This document shows, one piece after another, positions 34,373 to 43,592 of a stretch of DNA of 50,008 nt; position 1 is the first letter of the stretch, and each line of letters opens with the position of its first letter. The notes beneath the pieces were generated by a model. It saw only the letters and a program-made list of their open reading frames with translations, made no database searches and was not told the origin of the DNA. Source of the stretch: Verrucomicrobiota bacterium. Lineage in GTDB: Bacteria; Verrucomicrobiota; Verrucomicrobiia; Limisphaerales; UBA9464. The stretch covers positions 1-50,008 of the forward strand of contig JANYCC010000314.1 of NCBI GenBank assembly GCA_025360495.1. The letters are read 5' to 3'. A program made the position numbers and the translations under genes.

Positions 34373-35230
34373 TCAGTCCCCCGGTGTCACCGTCCACATG
34401 CCCTTGGGCGCATTGGTGGTGCCCAAACCGACGGTCTCCGTGATCCGATGGATGGCCACATGGCCGTCATGGAAGAGATAGTTGAACCGCCCGCCATGCA
34501 GTCCGTAGGCGGCCTTCCCATAGCCGAATTGGCTCTTGGAAATCTGGAAACAGTCGCCGGTGAACCCCGCCGGATTACCCGCCCCCTCCGTCGGGGCCAC
34601 GCTGAAGGACGGCCAGTCGTTGCCGGCAATGTTCCGGCCGTTCGGTTGCTCCACGAGCAGAAGGGTGTCGGACGGCGAGGGCACCGCGCCGGACTTATAC
34701 CCGGGGGGATCCTCGGGAGGCAGGGATCCGTTGTTGTTCTGGATGTAAACACCCACGCCGTGCAAGGGCTCGGGCAGCGGGCCCGGCGAGATCACATTGG
34801 CCCCGTTCATCGCGTAGGTCCGGCGCTGGCCGAACTGCGCATAACTGATCGTGATCTTGTTCCGATCCGCGGGACACTGCAGGAGTTTGGGGCACTTGGC
34901 GCCGTCCGTGATGCCCAGGATCAGGTCCTGGTAACGGTCGAATCCCCCGATGTACCGGTGCAACAGGTCGTCCCAGGTCAGTTGGTACATGTAATCGCCG
35001 GTGCGATAGACGGCCGGCGGATACTGGTCGTTGTGATCGGTGAGAAACAGGGAGAACGCCAGGCCCAACTGCTTCATCTGGGAGGTGCATTTCAACCGCT
35101 CCGCACGGGCCTTGGCGGTGCCGAGCGTGGGCAGCAACAGCCCCGCCAGGATCGCGATGATCGCTATCACCACCAACAATTCGATCAGGGTGAAGGCGGC
35201 GGTCCGACGGGTGGTTCGGCGTGCGTTCAT
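34373..35230 (-). CDS. prepilin-type N-terminal methylation-domain protein of the H-X9-DG (DUF1559) family
   Basis: ATG 35230; [24 protein letters not shown] class-III signal; C-terminal [14 protein letters not shown] = H-X9-DG motif. Confidence 0.88.
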   Translation of the reverse strand: MNARRTTRRTAAFTLIELLVVIAIIAILAGLLLPTLGTAKARAERLKCTSQMKQLGLAFSLFLTDHNDQYPPAVYRTGDYMYQLTWDDLLHRYIGGFDRYQDLILGITDGAKCPKLLQCPADRNKITISYAQFGQRRTYAMNGANVISPGPLPEPLHGVGVYIQNNNGSLPPEDPPGYKSGAVPSPSDTLLLVEQPNGRNIAGNDWPSFSVAPTEGAGNPAGFTGDCFQISKSQFGYGKAAYGLHGGRFNYLFHDGHVAIHRITETVGLGTTNAPKGMWTVTPGD

Positions 35231-35262
35231 GGCTGCGAAAGGGGTTTCGGCCGTCCTCACAC

Positions 35263-35637
35263 TTACAGTTTCACGACCACGACCTGCATGGTCTTCGGAT
35301 CGATGGAAAACTTCCGGCCCGTCGGCGCCGTCGGTGGGCCGGCGAGGTAACCGGCGGTGACCAATTCATCGAACGAGGCGGGCAGTCGCTTCTGTTCGAA
35401 ACTGTATTTCCTGACGACCTGGGTGAGTTCGGCGAGCACCGCCGAAAGGTCCGCTTCAGCGATCGGCGCCGCGGCCGATTCGGTCGGGGTGACCGCCCCC
35501 TTCGCGATCGGAGGTGGGGTGGGGCTGGCTTCGGTCACCGGGAGTGCCGCATCCTTGTGACAACCGACCGTGAAAAGCGCGGTGCAACCAAGGATGAAGG
35601 GCCAACGGTGGGACACGCATGCACTGAACCTGATCAA
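35263..35637 (-). CDS. small lipoprotein, function unknown
   Basis: Start at TTG 35637 or GTG 35616 (no ATG); lipobox LFTVGC; Pro/Ala/Thr linker; C-terminal [26 protein letters not shown]. Confidence 0.55.
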   Translation of the reverse strand: MIRFSACVSHRWPFILGCTALFTVGCHKDAALPVTEASPTPPPIAKGAVTPTESAAAPIAEADLSAVLAELTQVVRKYSFEQKRLPASFDELVTAGYLAGPPTAPTGRKFSIDPKTMQVVVVKL

Positions 35638-35654
35638 CCCCCGGCGGGCAAGCT

Positions 35655-35739
35655 GAAGATCGGAGATCGGGATCCGGAGATCGAAGATCGGGAATAGGGT
35701 CCTCTGGCCCCGATCTCCGAATCCCGATCTTCGATCTTC
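35655..35739. repeat. heptanucleotide array 3: two opposed class II half-arrays forming a long hairpin
   Basis: GAAGATC GGAGATC GGGATCC GGAGATC GAAGATC GGG ... CCC CGATCTC CGAATCC CGATCTT CGATCTT C. Positions 35655..35683 pair with 35711..35739 at 27 of 29 positions, leaving a 27-nt loop. Confidence 0.85.
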
Positions 35740-35747
35740 GAGCGCCC

Positions 35748-36578
35748 CTACTTCTTCCGGGTGCTGTGGTCCATCATCCAGAACACGTCCTGGTTCTTGG
35801 GCGAACTGACGTTCAGGCCCAGTTCCACCCCTTTCTTCAGCACCGGATAGGTCCGGGGATCAACCCATTTCTTGATCTCGGAATGCCCGTCGGCGAACGA
35901 AAAACCGCAGGCGTGATTATGATAGCTCGCGGGGAAATCGACGATCTTCCAAGCCCCCGGCGTATCCGGGTAGCCGTTCATCCCCACCACGAATTCACCG
36001 TCGTTGATGCTGTCCTCCCGCTCGTCGAGAAACACCCAGACCTGGGACGGACCGGGATCGGAAACGTCATCGGCCTTCTTGTAAACCCGGAACCCCGACG
36101 TGAATCCCTCGACATCGGTCGAATCAAACCACGCGTTCATGGAGATGCTGCGGACGCGCGGGTAAATGATGCCGTTGTTCTTGACGGTGCTGGTGTCGGC
36201 CGGGCATTTCCAGACGGCGCGGCTCATCCCGACATATTTCCACAACAGGCTGTTGGTGAGATCGCGGATGTTCCAGTTGGAGGCGTTGGCACCGTTGAAA
36301 TCGAGGCTCCCGTTGACCCACTGGCTCCCGCCGGGGTTGTACGAGGGAGGGACCTTTTCCCGGTTGTCATCAATGTAGAGCTTCCATCCCAGGGTCATCT
36401 GGTGGCCATTGCTCATGCAGAGGATGCCCTGCGCCTTGGTCTTGGCTTTCGCCAATGCCGGCAGGAGCATCCCCGCCAGGATCGCGATGATGGCGATCAC
36501 CACCAACAACTCGATGAGCGTGAAACCACCCAACGCCGGTGGGTTCCGCCGTCCCGCACCCGTTCTTTGCGGATTCAT
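35748..36578 (-). CDS. prepilin-type N-terminal methylation-domain protein of the H-X9-DG (DUF1559) family
   Basis: ATG 36578; [30 protein letters not shown]; C-terminal [14 protein letters not shown] = H-X9-DG. Confidence 0.88.
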   Translation of the reverse strand: MNPQRTGAGRRNPPALGGFTLIELLVVIAIIAILAGMLLPALAKAKTKAQGILCMSNGHQMTLGWKLYIDDNREKVPPSYNPGGSQWVNGSLDFNGANASNWNIRDLTNSLLWKYVGMSRAVWKCPADTSTVKNNGIIYPRVRSISMNAWFDSTDVEGFTSGFRVYKKADDVSDPGPSQVWVFLDEREDSINDGEFVVGMNGYPDTPGAWKIVDFPASYHNHACGFSFADGHSEIKKWVDPRTYPVLKKGVELGLNVSSPKNQDVFWMMDHSTRKK

Positions 36579-36654
36579 GTGGAAAGTATGGAAGCCCGGG
36601 AAGTTTTGGCCACGCCAAAATGGGATGGATGGGTGACGTCCTGGAGATCGCCTT

Positions 36655-36754
36655 GTCACATTTGTAACATTGTCTGTGACCAAACCGTCTCTCGCCGGGT
36701 GGTGTCCCCGTGCGGCGGGAGAACCCAGGTGCCCGCACTTGTTCTGGAACAAGT
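36655..36754. promoter_or_regulatory. candidate operator palindromes in the divergent 36578/36804 spacer
   Basis: GTCACA-N14-TGTGAC (36655..36680) lies in the most AT-rich part of the spacer. ACTTGTTC-TG-GAACAAGT (36737..36754) lies 49 nt upstream of ATG 36804. Confidence 0.3.
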
Positions 36755-36803
36755 CCCGTCCGGAAGGTAATCAGGGATGATGGGTCCGGTGAAGGTTCAA
36801 GAA

Positions 36804-38168
36804 ATGAGTTTCCACAACCGATGGTTCAGTGGGTCCCCAGCCCTCGCGGTGGCCGCCGGGTTGCTGGTCGGGCCGTCGTGGGCCGCACGATCGGGCACGA
36901 ATGCCCCGTCCGATCTGCTCCACTACTGGCCCCAATGGCGCGGTCCCCTGGCCAATGGCGTCGCCCCCCAAGCCAACCCGCCCGTCGAGTGGAGCGAGAA
37001 GAAAAACGTCCGCTGGAAAATCCCCCTCGCCGGCAAATCCCATTCCTCACCCATCGTGTTCGGGGACCGCGTTTTCCTCATGGCCGCCGAACCGGTCGGC
37101 CCGGACCTCCCACCCGTCCTCGACCAGGCCCCGGGCGTCCACGACAGCGTGCCCGTGACCCATCGGCATGAGTACAGCGTCCAGGCGATCCGACGCACCG
37201 ACGGGCAGCTCGCGTGGAAAACCGTCGTGTGCGAGGTGTTCCCGCACGAGGGGGGCCATGTCACCGGCAGTCCCGCCTCCAATTCACCCATCACCGACGG
37301 CGAATCCGTCTATGCCTTCTTCGGGTCGCGCGGCCTTTACTGTCTCGGTGTGGACGGCGCCCTGAAATGGCAGAAGAACCTCGGCCGGATGCAAACGCTC
37401 CATGCCCATGGCGAAGGCAGTTCGCCGGTCCTCGCGGGCGACACCCTGATCGTCTGTTGGGACCACGAAGGGGATTCATTCCTCCACGCCTTCGACAAGG
37501 GGACCGGCCGGCAACTCTGGAAGGTTGCCCGCGATGAGAAAACCTCGTGGTCAACGCCGTTGGTCGTCACCGAACCGGGGGGCGTCCCGCAGGTCGTCGT
37601 CAGCGCCACCAAACGCGTTCGTGGTTACGATATCGCGACCGGCGGAGCGCTCTGGGAATGTGCCGGTCTCAGCGACAATGTCGTCTCTTCGCCGGTGTAC
37701 CATCACGGTTTGGTGATCGCGGGGAACAGCTATTATCAGCAGGCCATGCTGGCCATCCGGCCCGCCGGGGCCAAGGGCGATGTCACCGGCACGGGCCAGG
37801 TCGTATGGAAACTCAACCGATCCACGCCCTATGTCTCCACCCCGTTGCTTTACGACGACGCGCTGTATTTCGTGCGGCACAACCAGAATGTCCTGTCGCG
37901 ACTGGATCCGGCGACCGGTCGGGCGCGGGGCGATGCCCTCCGGCTCGATGGGATCCGTGATTTTGTCTTTGCCTCCCCCGTCGGCGCCGCGGGCCGGCTC
38001 TACGTCACCGGCCGGGACGGGACGACGGTGGTGCTCCGTCATGATTCCCAAAACGCCACCCTCGCCACCAATCATCTCGACGATTCCTTCAGCGCGTCGC
38101 CGGCGTTGGTGGACGGGGAATTCTACCTGCGGGGCGAACGATTCCTTTACTGTCTCGCGGAAAAATAG
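36804..38168 (+). CDS. PQQ-like (BamB-type) beta-propeller repeat protein, secreted
   Basis: ATG 36804 (alternatives 36777/36780); signal peptide; WPQWRGPLANGVA. Blades: SSPIVFGDRVFL, NSPITDGESVYAF, SSPVLAGDTLIV, STPLVV, SSPVYHHGLVIA, STPLLYDDALYF, ASPVGAAGRLYV, ASPALVDGEFYL. Confidence 0.82.
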   Translation: MSFHNRWFSGSPALAVAAGLLVGPSWAARSGTNAPSDLLHYWPQWRGPLANGVAPQANPPVEWSEKKNVRWKIPLAGKSHSSPIVFGDRVFLMAAEPVGPDLPPVLDQAPGVHDSVPVTHRHEYSVQAIRRTDGQLAWKTVVCEVFPHEGGHVTGSPASNSPITDGESVYAFFGSRGLYCLGVDGALKWQKNLGRMQTLHAHGEGSSPVLAGDTLIVCWDHEGDSFLHAFDKGTGRQLWKVARDEKTSWSTPLVVTEPGGVPQVVVSATKRVRGYDIATGGALWECAGLSDNVVSSPVYHHGLVIAGNSYYQQAMLAIRPAGAKGDVTGTGQVVWKLNRSTPYVSTPLLYDDALYFVRHNQNVLSRLDPATGRARGDALRLDGIRDFVFASPVGAAGRLYVTGRDGTTVVLRHDSQNATLATNHLDDSFSASPALVDGEFYLRGERFLYCLAEK

Positions 38169-38222
38169 TTCCAAACTGGCCCGCCCCGTTTAGAAGCAAT
38201 CCAAACTCCGGTCTTTTCGGCC

Positions 38223-40013
38223 ATGAATCACCCTCCCGTGTTGCCCCCGCCGATGCCGCCCCCCCTCCCCTACGGCCGGGCAAAACCACGGAAACGCCGT
38301 TGGGTCCGGGTCCTGGTCTGGTCGACCCTGTCGGTTTTCCTGGCAACTGCGGGGGTCGCGGTGGTGGGGATCGTGCAAGTCGTCTCCCAAGCGAACCGTC
38401 AGGGAGGCCCGTTCGTTCAATTCAATGGGGGTGATGGCCGCAATTGGGGCCGCCGCTCCGCCCGGGTCCAGGCTCCCGTCTCCGAGGTGCCGGCCGATCT
38501 CTGGCGCATTTCCATCGATATCGCCCCCCAGGACGTCGAGACGCTCCGGGGCTTTTACTGGCGCGGCCGCAGCAATGGGAAAGACCGGCCGGAAGTCCCG
38601 GCCACCGTCCGCGAAGGGGTGGTCGTTTTGACCAATGTCACGATCCATTCCAAGGGCTCGGCGGGAAGTTTCCGACCCTTCGATGACAAGCCGGCGTTGA
38701 CCCTTAATTTTTCGAAGAACGCGTCCGGGCAAAAGTTCCATGGGTTCAACAAGATCTCGCTCAACAACTCGGTCCAGGATCCCACGTTCGTCTGCGAGCA
38801 ATTGAGCCGGGAACTCTTCGAGGCCGCCGGGGTCCCGGTGCCGCGCGCGGATCACGCCACGGTGCTGGTCAACGGCCGCGACCTCGGCCTTTACGTGGTG
38901 ACCGAGGGCTGGGGAAAGTCCTTCCTCAAACGCTATTTCAAGGACGTCGAGGGCAACCTCTATGACGGCGGGTTCGTCCGCGACATCGATGCCGGGTTGG
39001 ACATCAATTCGGGCTCCGATGGCGAGGGCCGGGCCGAATTGCACAAGTTGATGGAGGCCGCAACGGAACCCGATCCGGCCAAACGTTGGCAGTTGCTCAA
39101 CGAACGGCTCGATGTGGACCGGTTCGCGTCGATGCTCGCCCTCGAGGTGATGCTCTGCCACTGGGACGGCTATTCGCTGAACCGGAACAATTACCGGGTC
39201 TTTCACGACCGGTCGACCGGCCGGATGGTCTTCATGCCGCACGGGATGGACCAGATGTTCGGGCGGGGCGGCAGGATGGGTCCGAGCAGTCCGATCCAAC
39301 CCCAGATGCGCGGTCAGATCTCCCATGCGTTCATGGCGCTGCCCGCCGGACGCCGGCTGTATCTCAACCGCATGGCCCAATTGCAGACCAACGTGTTCGT
39401 GGAGGAAAAGATGATTGGCCGCGTCCGCGAATTGGCGGCGCACATCCGTCCGACCCTGGCGGCGTACGGGCCGGAATTGGCGGCGGAACATGATGCCGAA
39501 ATCGAGGATCTGTGCGCCCGGATCACCCAGCGGGTCCGCAGCATTTCCGGCCAAATGGTGACGCCGAAGGGTCCCATCGAGTTCAGCGCCGATGGCACCG
39601 CACGGCTCTCGGATTGGAAGATGCATCCGGGTCCCCTCGCACGGGGTCCGGCACCGCGCTTTGAACGGGGCCAATCGGAGGGCAAGATGCTCCTCCGGAT
39701 CAAGGCCTCCTCCGGCGGCACGTCCGGGTCGTGGCGGACCCGCGTGGAATTGGGTCCAGGACAGTATCATTTTGAGGGCCGGGTTCGCACGGTGGGCGTC
39801 GATGCCGCTGGGGGCGCGGTCAGCCTCCGGCTTTCGGGATCACCGCGCACCCGGGTCATCACCCCCGACGGCCAATGGACCCCGCTCTCCTCCACTTTCA
39901 AGATCGAACAGGAACAGGCCGACGTGGAACTGGTTTGCGAATTTGATTCGACCACGGGCGAGGCCGCATTCGATGAGGGCTCCCTCCGACTGGTCCGGGA
40001 CGGAGGATTGTGA
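38223..40013 (+). CDS. CotH kinase-family protein, N-terminally membrane-anchored
   Basis: ATG 38223; Pro-rich tip; TM VRVLVWSTLSVFLATAGVAVVGIV. CotH core: PALTLNFSKN ... KFHGFNKISLNNSVQDPTFVCEQLSRELFEAAGVPVPRADHATVLVNGRDLGLYVVTE ... NLYDGG ... DRFASMLALEVMLCHWDGYSLNRNNYRVFHD ... GRMVFMPHGMDQMF. The tail is beta-sandwich-like. Confidence 0.8.
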   Translation: MNHPPVLPPPMPPPLPYGRAKPRKRRWVRVLVWSTLSVFLATAGVAVVGIVQVVSQANRQGGPFVQFNGGDGRNWGRRSARVQAPVSEVPADLWRISIDIAPQDVETLRGFYWRGRSNGKDRPEVPATVREGVVVLTNVTIHSKGSAGSFRPFDDKPALTLNFSKNASGQKFHGFNKISLNNSVQDPTFVCEQLSRELFEAAGVPVPRADHATVLVNGRDLGLYVVTEGWGKSFLKRYFKDVEGNLYDGGFVRDIDAGLDINSGSDGEGRAELHKLMEAATEPDPAKRWQLLNERLDVDRFASMLALEVMLCHWDGYSLNRNNYRVFHDRSTGRMVFMPHGMDQMFGRGGRMGPSSPIQPQMRGQISHAFMALPAGRRLYLNRMAQLQTNVFVEEKMIGRVRELAAHIRPTLAAYGPELAAEHDAEIEDLCARITQRVRSISGQMVTPKGPIEFSADGTARLSDWKMHPGPLARGPAPRFERGQSEGKMLLRIKASSGGTSGSWRTRVELGPGQYHFEGRVRTVGVDAAGGAVSLRLSGSPRTRVITPDGQWTPLSSTFKIEQEQADVELVCEFDSTTGEAAFDEGSLRLVRDGGL

Positions 40014-40197
40014 CATTCGGAGCCCGGCTTTTTTTGAGCGCCGGTGGTCCGGCCGTGTCCATAGCCAAAATTTGCTCAGTTTGAGCGGAACGTTTTGGCG
40101 TTGGCTCGGTTAAACTTGGCAATAGCCTGACAAACGCCCGCCTCGCCCGGACCAGACTGAATGCCGGTGGAGGAAGGCCGCGTCGAAGGTGCTCCAG

Positions 40198-40221
40198 CCG
40201 ATACGACCCGCCGATACGACC
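40198..40221 (+). promoter_or_regulatory. tandem direct repeat CCGATACGACC x2 (13-nt period) just upstream of gspE
   Basis: CCGATACGACC CG CCGATACGACC at 40198..40221, 10 nt before the gspE ATG (40232) and next to a GAGAGG Shine-Dalgarno-like element. Confidence 0.3.
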
Positions 40222-40231
40222 TGCAGAGAGG

Positions 40232-41812
40232 ATGAATGCCGCCCGAATTGAATTGGATGTCGTCCCCCGGCCCTTGCCGGAGGGACGCAATGGCGCGGCC
40301 CACCTCAAGCCGCTGGCGAACTTCGCCCGTCTGGCCATCCCGCCCGAAGTCCTCCGCACGCTCCCGGCCGAGTTTGTCCACCGTCACGGCATTGTCCCCG
40401 TGGCCTTGCTCGACGGCAGCCTGACCATCGCCACCGCCGCCCCCTGCGATCGCCGGCTCTTGGAGGATATCCGCCTGCTGAGCGGTTACGAAGTCGAGGA
40501 ACAATTCGCCCCCGCGGCCGAGATCGCGGAGAAGATTGCCGGGGGGTACCAGGTCACCGTCGAGAAGATGATCGAGGATCTCGATCCCACTTCGGGCGAC
40601 GGTGCCGATCCCAAGAATCTCCACGACATCGAGGTCATGGCCAATGAGCCGACCGTCGTGAACCTGGTCAATCTCATCATCTCCACCGCCCTGCGCGAGC
40701 GCGCCAGCGACATCCACCTGCTGCCCTTCGAAAGCACGCTCCAGTTGCGCTACCGGATCGACGGTCTTCTCCAGGAAAAACCCCCTCCCCCGAAGCCGCT
40801 CCATGCCGCCCTGGTCTCCCGCATCAAGATCATGGCCGACATGAACATCGCGGAACGGTTCATGCCGCAGGACGGCCATATCCAGATCAATCACCGGGGG
40901 TCCCGCGTCGATATCCGGGTGGGCACCATGCCCAATATCCACGGCGAAAGCCTGGTCATGCGCCTGCTCGTCAAGGATGAGCGCCTGCTGCATCCCCGGG
41001 AATTGGGCCTGGATGACGAACGCGCCACGTTGCTGGATCGTCTGGTCGAAAAACCCCACGGGCTCTTTCTCACCACCGGCCCCACTGGCAGCGGCAAAAC
41101 CACCACCCTCTACTCCATCCTCCAAGGGGTGTACGCGCCGGAGAAGAAAATCGTCACCATCGAGGACCCCGTCGAATATGAACTGGCGGGGGTTTCCCAG
41201 ATCCCGGTCCGACCCAGCCGCGGTTTCACGTTCGCCAACGGGCTCCGGGCCATCCTGCGCCAGGATCCCGACGTCATCATGGTGGGCGAAATCCGGGATG
41301 CCGAAACCGCCGAGATCGCCATCCGCGCCGCTCTCACGGGACACCAGGTTTTCAGCACCCTGCACACCAATGACGCCCCCAGCGCGGTCACCCGGTTGAT
41401 CGACATGGGCATCGAGCCCTTCCTCATCTCCTCTTCGCTCGAAGGCGTGCTGGCGCAGCGGTTGGTCCGCCGGATCTGTCCCGTGTGCCGTCGTCCGGCC
41501 CCGGTGTCCCCGTCCGTCCGCAGCAAGCTCGAAACGCTGAGCGGCAAACCCCTCGACGGTTCCTTCTATGAGGGCGCCGGGTGTGACGAATGCCGCGTCG
41601 GTTATCGGGGCCGGGTCGGCATCTTCGAGTTGCTGGTCATCACGCCGGTGTTGCGCGAGTTGATCCTGCAGAAACGCTCGACCGCCGAACTCAAATCGAC
41701 CGCCCATCGGAGCATGGTGACAATGCAACAGGATGCCCTTCGCAAAGCCGGCGAAGGGCTCACCACGCTGGAGGAGATTGTCCGCGTCTGCGCCAGCGAT
41801 GCCTTGGAATGA
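40232..41812 (+). CDS. gspE: type II secretion / type IV pilus assembly ATPase (GspE/PilB family)
   Basis: N-terminal T2SSE_N-like domain; Walker A GPTGSGKTTT; Walker B region DPDVIMVGEIRD; His box GHQVFSTLHTNDA; tetracysteine CPVC ... CDEC. Confidence 0.92.
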   Translation: MNAARIELDVVPRPLPEGRNGAAHLKPLANFARLAIPPEVLRTLPAEFVHRHGIVPVALLDGSLTIATAAPCDRRLLEDIRLLSGYEVEEQFAPAAEIAEKIAGGYQVTVEKMIEDLDPTSGDGADPKNLHDIEVMANEPTVVNLVNLIISTALRERASDIHLLPFESTLQLRYRIDGLLQEKPPPPKPLHAALVSRIKIMADMNIAERFMPQDGHIQINHRGSRVDIRVGTMPNIHGESLVMRLLVKDERLLHPRELGLDDERATLLDRLVEKPHGLFLTTGPTGSGKTTTLYSILQGVYAPEKKIVTIEDPVEYELAGVSQIPVRPSRGFTFANGLRAILRQDPDVIMVGEIRDAETAEIAIRAALTGHQVFSTLHTNDAPSAVTRLIDMGIEPFLISSSLEGVLAQRLVRRICPVCRRPAPVSPSVRSKLETLSGKPLDGSFYEGAGCDECRVGYRGRVGIFELLVITPVLRELILQKRSTAELKSTAHRSMVTMQQDALRKAGEGLTTLEEIVRVCASDALE

Positions 41813-43101
41813 GAGCCTTCAGTTACCAAGCCATCGCGGACAACGGCTCATCGGTGAACGGGGTGATTGAGGCCGAAGACCGTCGCGCCGCCCTGCAACA
41901 ACTCGGTTCGCGCGGTTTGTTCCCCTCCCGCCTCGAAGCCGCCCCGGCCTCGGCCCCGGCCAACGGTTCAACCACGGCGGCCCCGGGCCCGGGGCAGACC
42001 CCGGCGCGTCCCGGAACCGCCACCCCGGCCCCATCCGTTCCCGCCGCCGGTTGGTCGTTTGGATCGGGGGTCAGTCGCAAGGATGTCACCGCGTTTTCCC
42101 GCCAGATGGCCGCGTTGATCGGAGCTTCGATTCCCATTCCCCAAGCCTTGGAAGGTCTCGGCGAAGAGGAGGAAAACCCCGCGCTCCGGGCGGTCCTGCT
42201 CGACCTGACCACGGCGGTCCGGACCGGGGCTTCCTTTTCCGACGCCCTGGCCACCCAACCCCGGCTGTTCAGCAAACTTTACGTCAGCATGATCCGGGTC
42301 GGGGAAGAGTCCGGGGCCCTGCCCGGCGTCATGAACGATCTGGCCGACCTCCTGGAACATGAGGCGGAAGTGCGCAGCGAGGTGGTTTCCGCCGTGGCCT
42401 ATCCCCTCTTTGTCCTCGGTTTTGGCGTCGTCACCGTCACGGTCCTGCTCACCGTCGTCCTGCCCAAGCTCTTCGCGATGCTGCAGGAAATGCTCACGAT
42501 CCTTCCCTGGCCGACGCTCGTGCTGCTTCGGGTCAGCACCTTCCTGGATCGCTGGTGGCCGGCGGTGTTGGTCGCCTTGGTGGGTGCGGTCGCGGGCCTC
42601 CGTTATTATGTCCGCACCCCGGCCGGCGCCGAGGTGGCCGACCGCACCAAACTCCGCCTGCCCATCATGGGCGGACTGTTCCGCTCCGCCGCCCTCGGAC
42701 GTTTCGCCCGCACGCTGGGCACGCTCGTCCGCAGCGGGGTCTCGCTCCTTCCCGCGTTGAAAATCGTCGAGTCCACGATCGGCAATCTCGCCCTGGCACG
42801 CCTGATCGCCCAGGTCACCGAGGAAACCCGCGGCGGAGCCTCGTTGGCCGCTTCCCTGCGCCGTCTCGGGATCTTCCCCAAGAGCGTCGTTCAGATGATC
42901 GCCGTCGGTGAGGAAACCGGCAAACTCGACGACATGCTGCTCAAGGTCGCCTCGATCGAGGAACGCCAGACCCGCGCCCGGATCAAGACCATCATTTCCC
43001 TGCTCGCCCCCATCCTGATTGTCGTCGTCGGTGCCGTCGTCGGTTTCATGGTCATCGCCGTGTTGCTCCCGATCTTCCGCATGAGCCGCGGCATCCATTG
43101 A
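41809..43101 (+). CDS. gspF: type II secretion system platform protein F
   Basis: ATG 41809 overlaps the gspE stop (ATGA). MRAFSYQAIADNGSSVNGVIEAEDRRAALQQLGSRGLFP; two T2SSF repeats (FSRQMAALIGASIPIPQAL, FARTLGTLVRSGVSLLPAL); TM segments. A Pro/Ala/Thr-rich insert follows the first ~40 residues. Confidence 0.9.
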   Translation: MRAFSYQAIADNGSSVNGVIEAEDRRAALQQLGSRGLFPSRLEAAPASAPANGSTTAAPGPGQTPARPGTATPAPSVPAAGWSFGSGVSRKDVTAFSRQMAALIGASIPIPQALEGLGEEEENPALRAVLLDLTTAVRTGASFSDALATQPRLFSKLYVSMIRVGEESGALPGVMNDLADLLEHEAEVRSEVVSAVAYPLFVLGFGVVTVTVLLTVVLPKLFAMLQEMLTILPWPTLVLLRVSTFLDRWWPAVLVALVGAVAGLRYYVRTPAGAEVADRTKLRLPIMGGLFRSAALGRFARTLGTLVRSGVSLLPALKIVESTIGNLALARLIAQVTEETRGGASLAASLRRLGIFPKSVVQMIAVGEETGKLDDMLLKVASIEERQTRARIKTIISLLAPILIVVVGAVVGFMVIAVLLPIFRMSRGIH

Positions 43102-43131
43102 CGCCTTCCGATTCCCAACCCACTGCCTTCC

Positions 43132-43575
43132 GTGAAACTTCACTCCCGTTCCCCACGTTCCCCACGCTCCGCCGCCTTCACGATCATCGAGATCACCGTG
43201 GTCGTGGTCATCCTCGCCGTGCTCGCGGTCACCATCATCCCCCAATTCATCGGGACCACCACCGACGCCAAGATCAGCGCCGCGAAATCCCATGTCGCCG
43301 AAATGGAGTCCGCCTTGGAACGGCTCTACGTCCACATGGACCGGTATCCCACCGCCGACGAGGGCCTCAAGCTCCTCGTCGAACCGCCCACCGGCGATGA
43401 CAAGAAATCCTGGCGCGGGCCCTATGTCCAACAGCTCCGTCCCGATCCGTGGGGCCTCCCCTATCAATATAAAAGGCCGGGAGTCCATCATCCCGCCGGT
43501 TACGATTTGTGGTCGCGCGGGGCCGACAAGGCCGATGGTGGCGAGGGCGCTGCGGCCGACATCGGCAACTGGTGA
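43132..43575 (+). CDS. gspG: type II secretion major pseudopilin G
   Basis: GTG 43132; AAFTIIEITVVVVILAVLAVTIIPQF prepilin signal; GspG C-terminal signature SWRGPYV ... LRPDPWGLPYQYKRPG ... GYDLWSRGADKADGGEGAAADIGNW. Confidence 0.9.
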   Translation: MKLHSRSPRSPRSAAFTIIEITVVVVILAVLAVTIIPQFIGTTTDAKISAAKSHVAEMESALERLYVHMDRYPTADEGLKLLVEPPTGDDKKSWRGPYVQQLRPDPWGLPYQYKRPGVHHPAGYDLWSRGADKADGGEGAAADIGNW

Positions 43576-43592
43576 TTCCAATCCGCCGACCG

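Noticed and set aside
38190-39770. 526-aa minus-strand ORF
   Set aside because: It is antisense to the CotH-family gene and has no motifs.
39977-40035. Rho-independent terminator after the CotH gene (T7 run at 40029..40035)
   Set aside because: The T-run is striking for this GC-rich DNA. However, the only stem I can draw (GGGCTCC / GGAGCCC) has a 35-nt loop and lies partly in the CDS, which is too weak to call. It may still mark the end of the transcription unit.
40117-40132. Sigma-54-type promoter (TGGCAATAGCCTGACA) upstream of gspE
   Set aside because: The -24 GG is present, but the -12 element reads TGAC instead of TTGC, so the critical GC dinucleotide is not in register.
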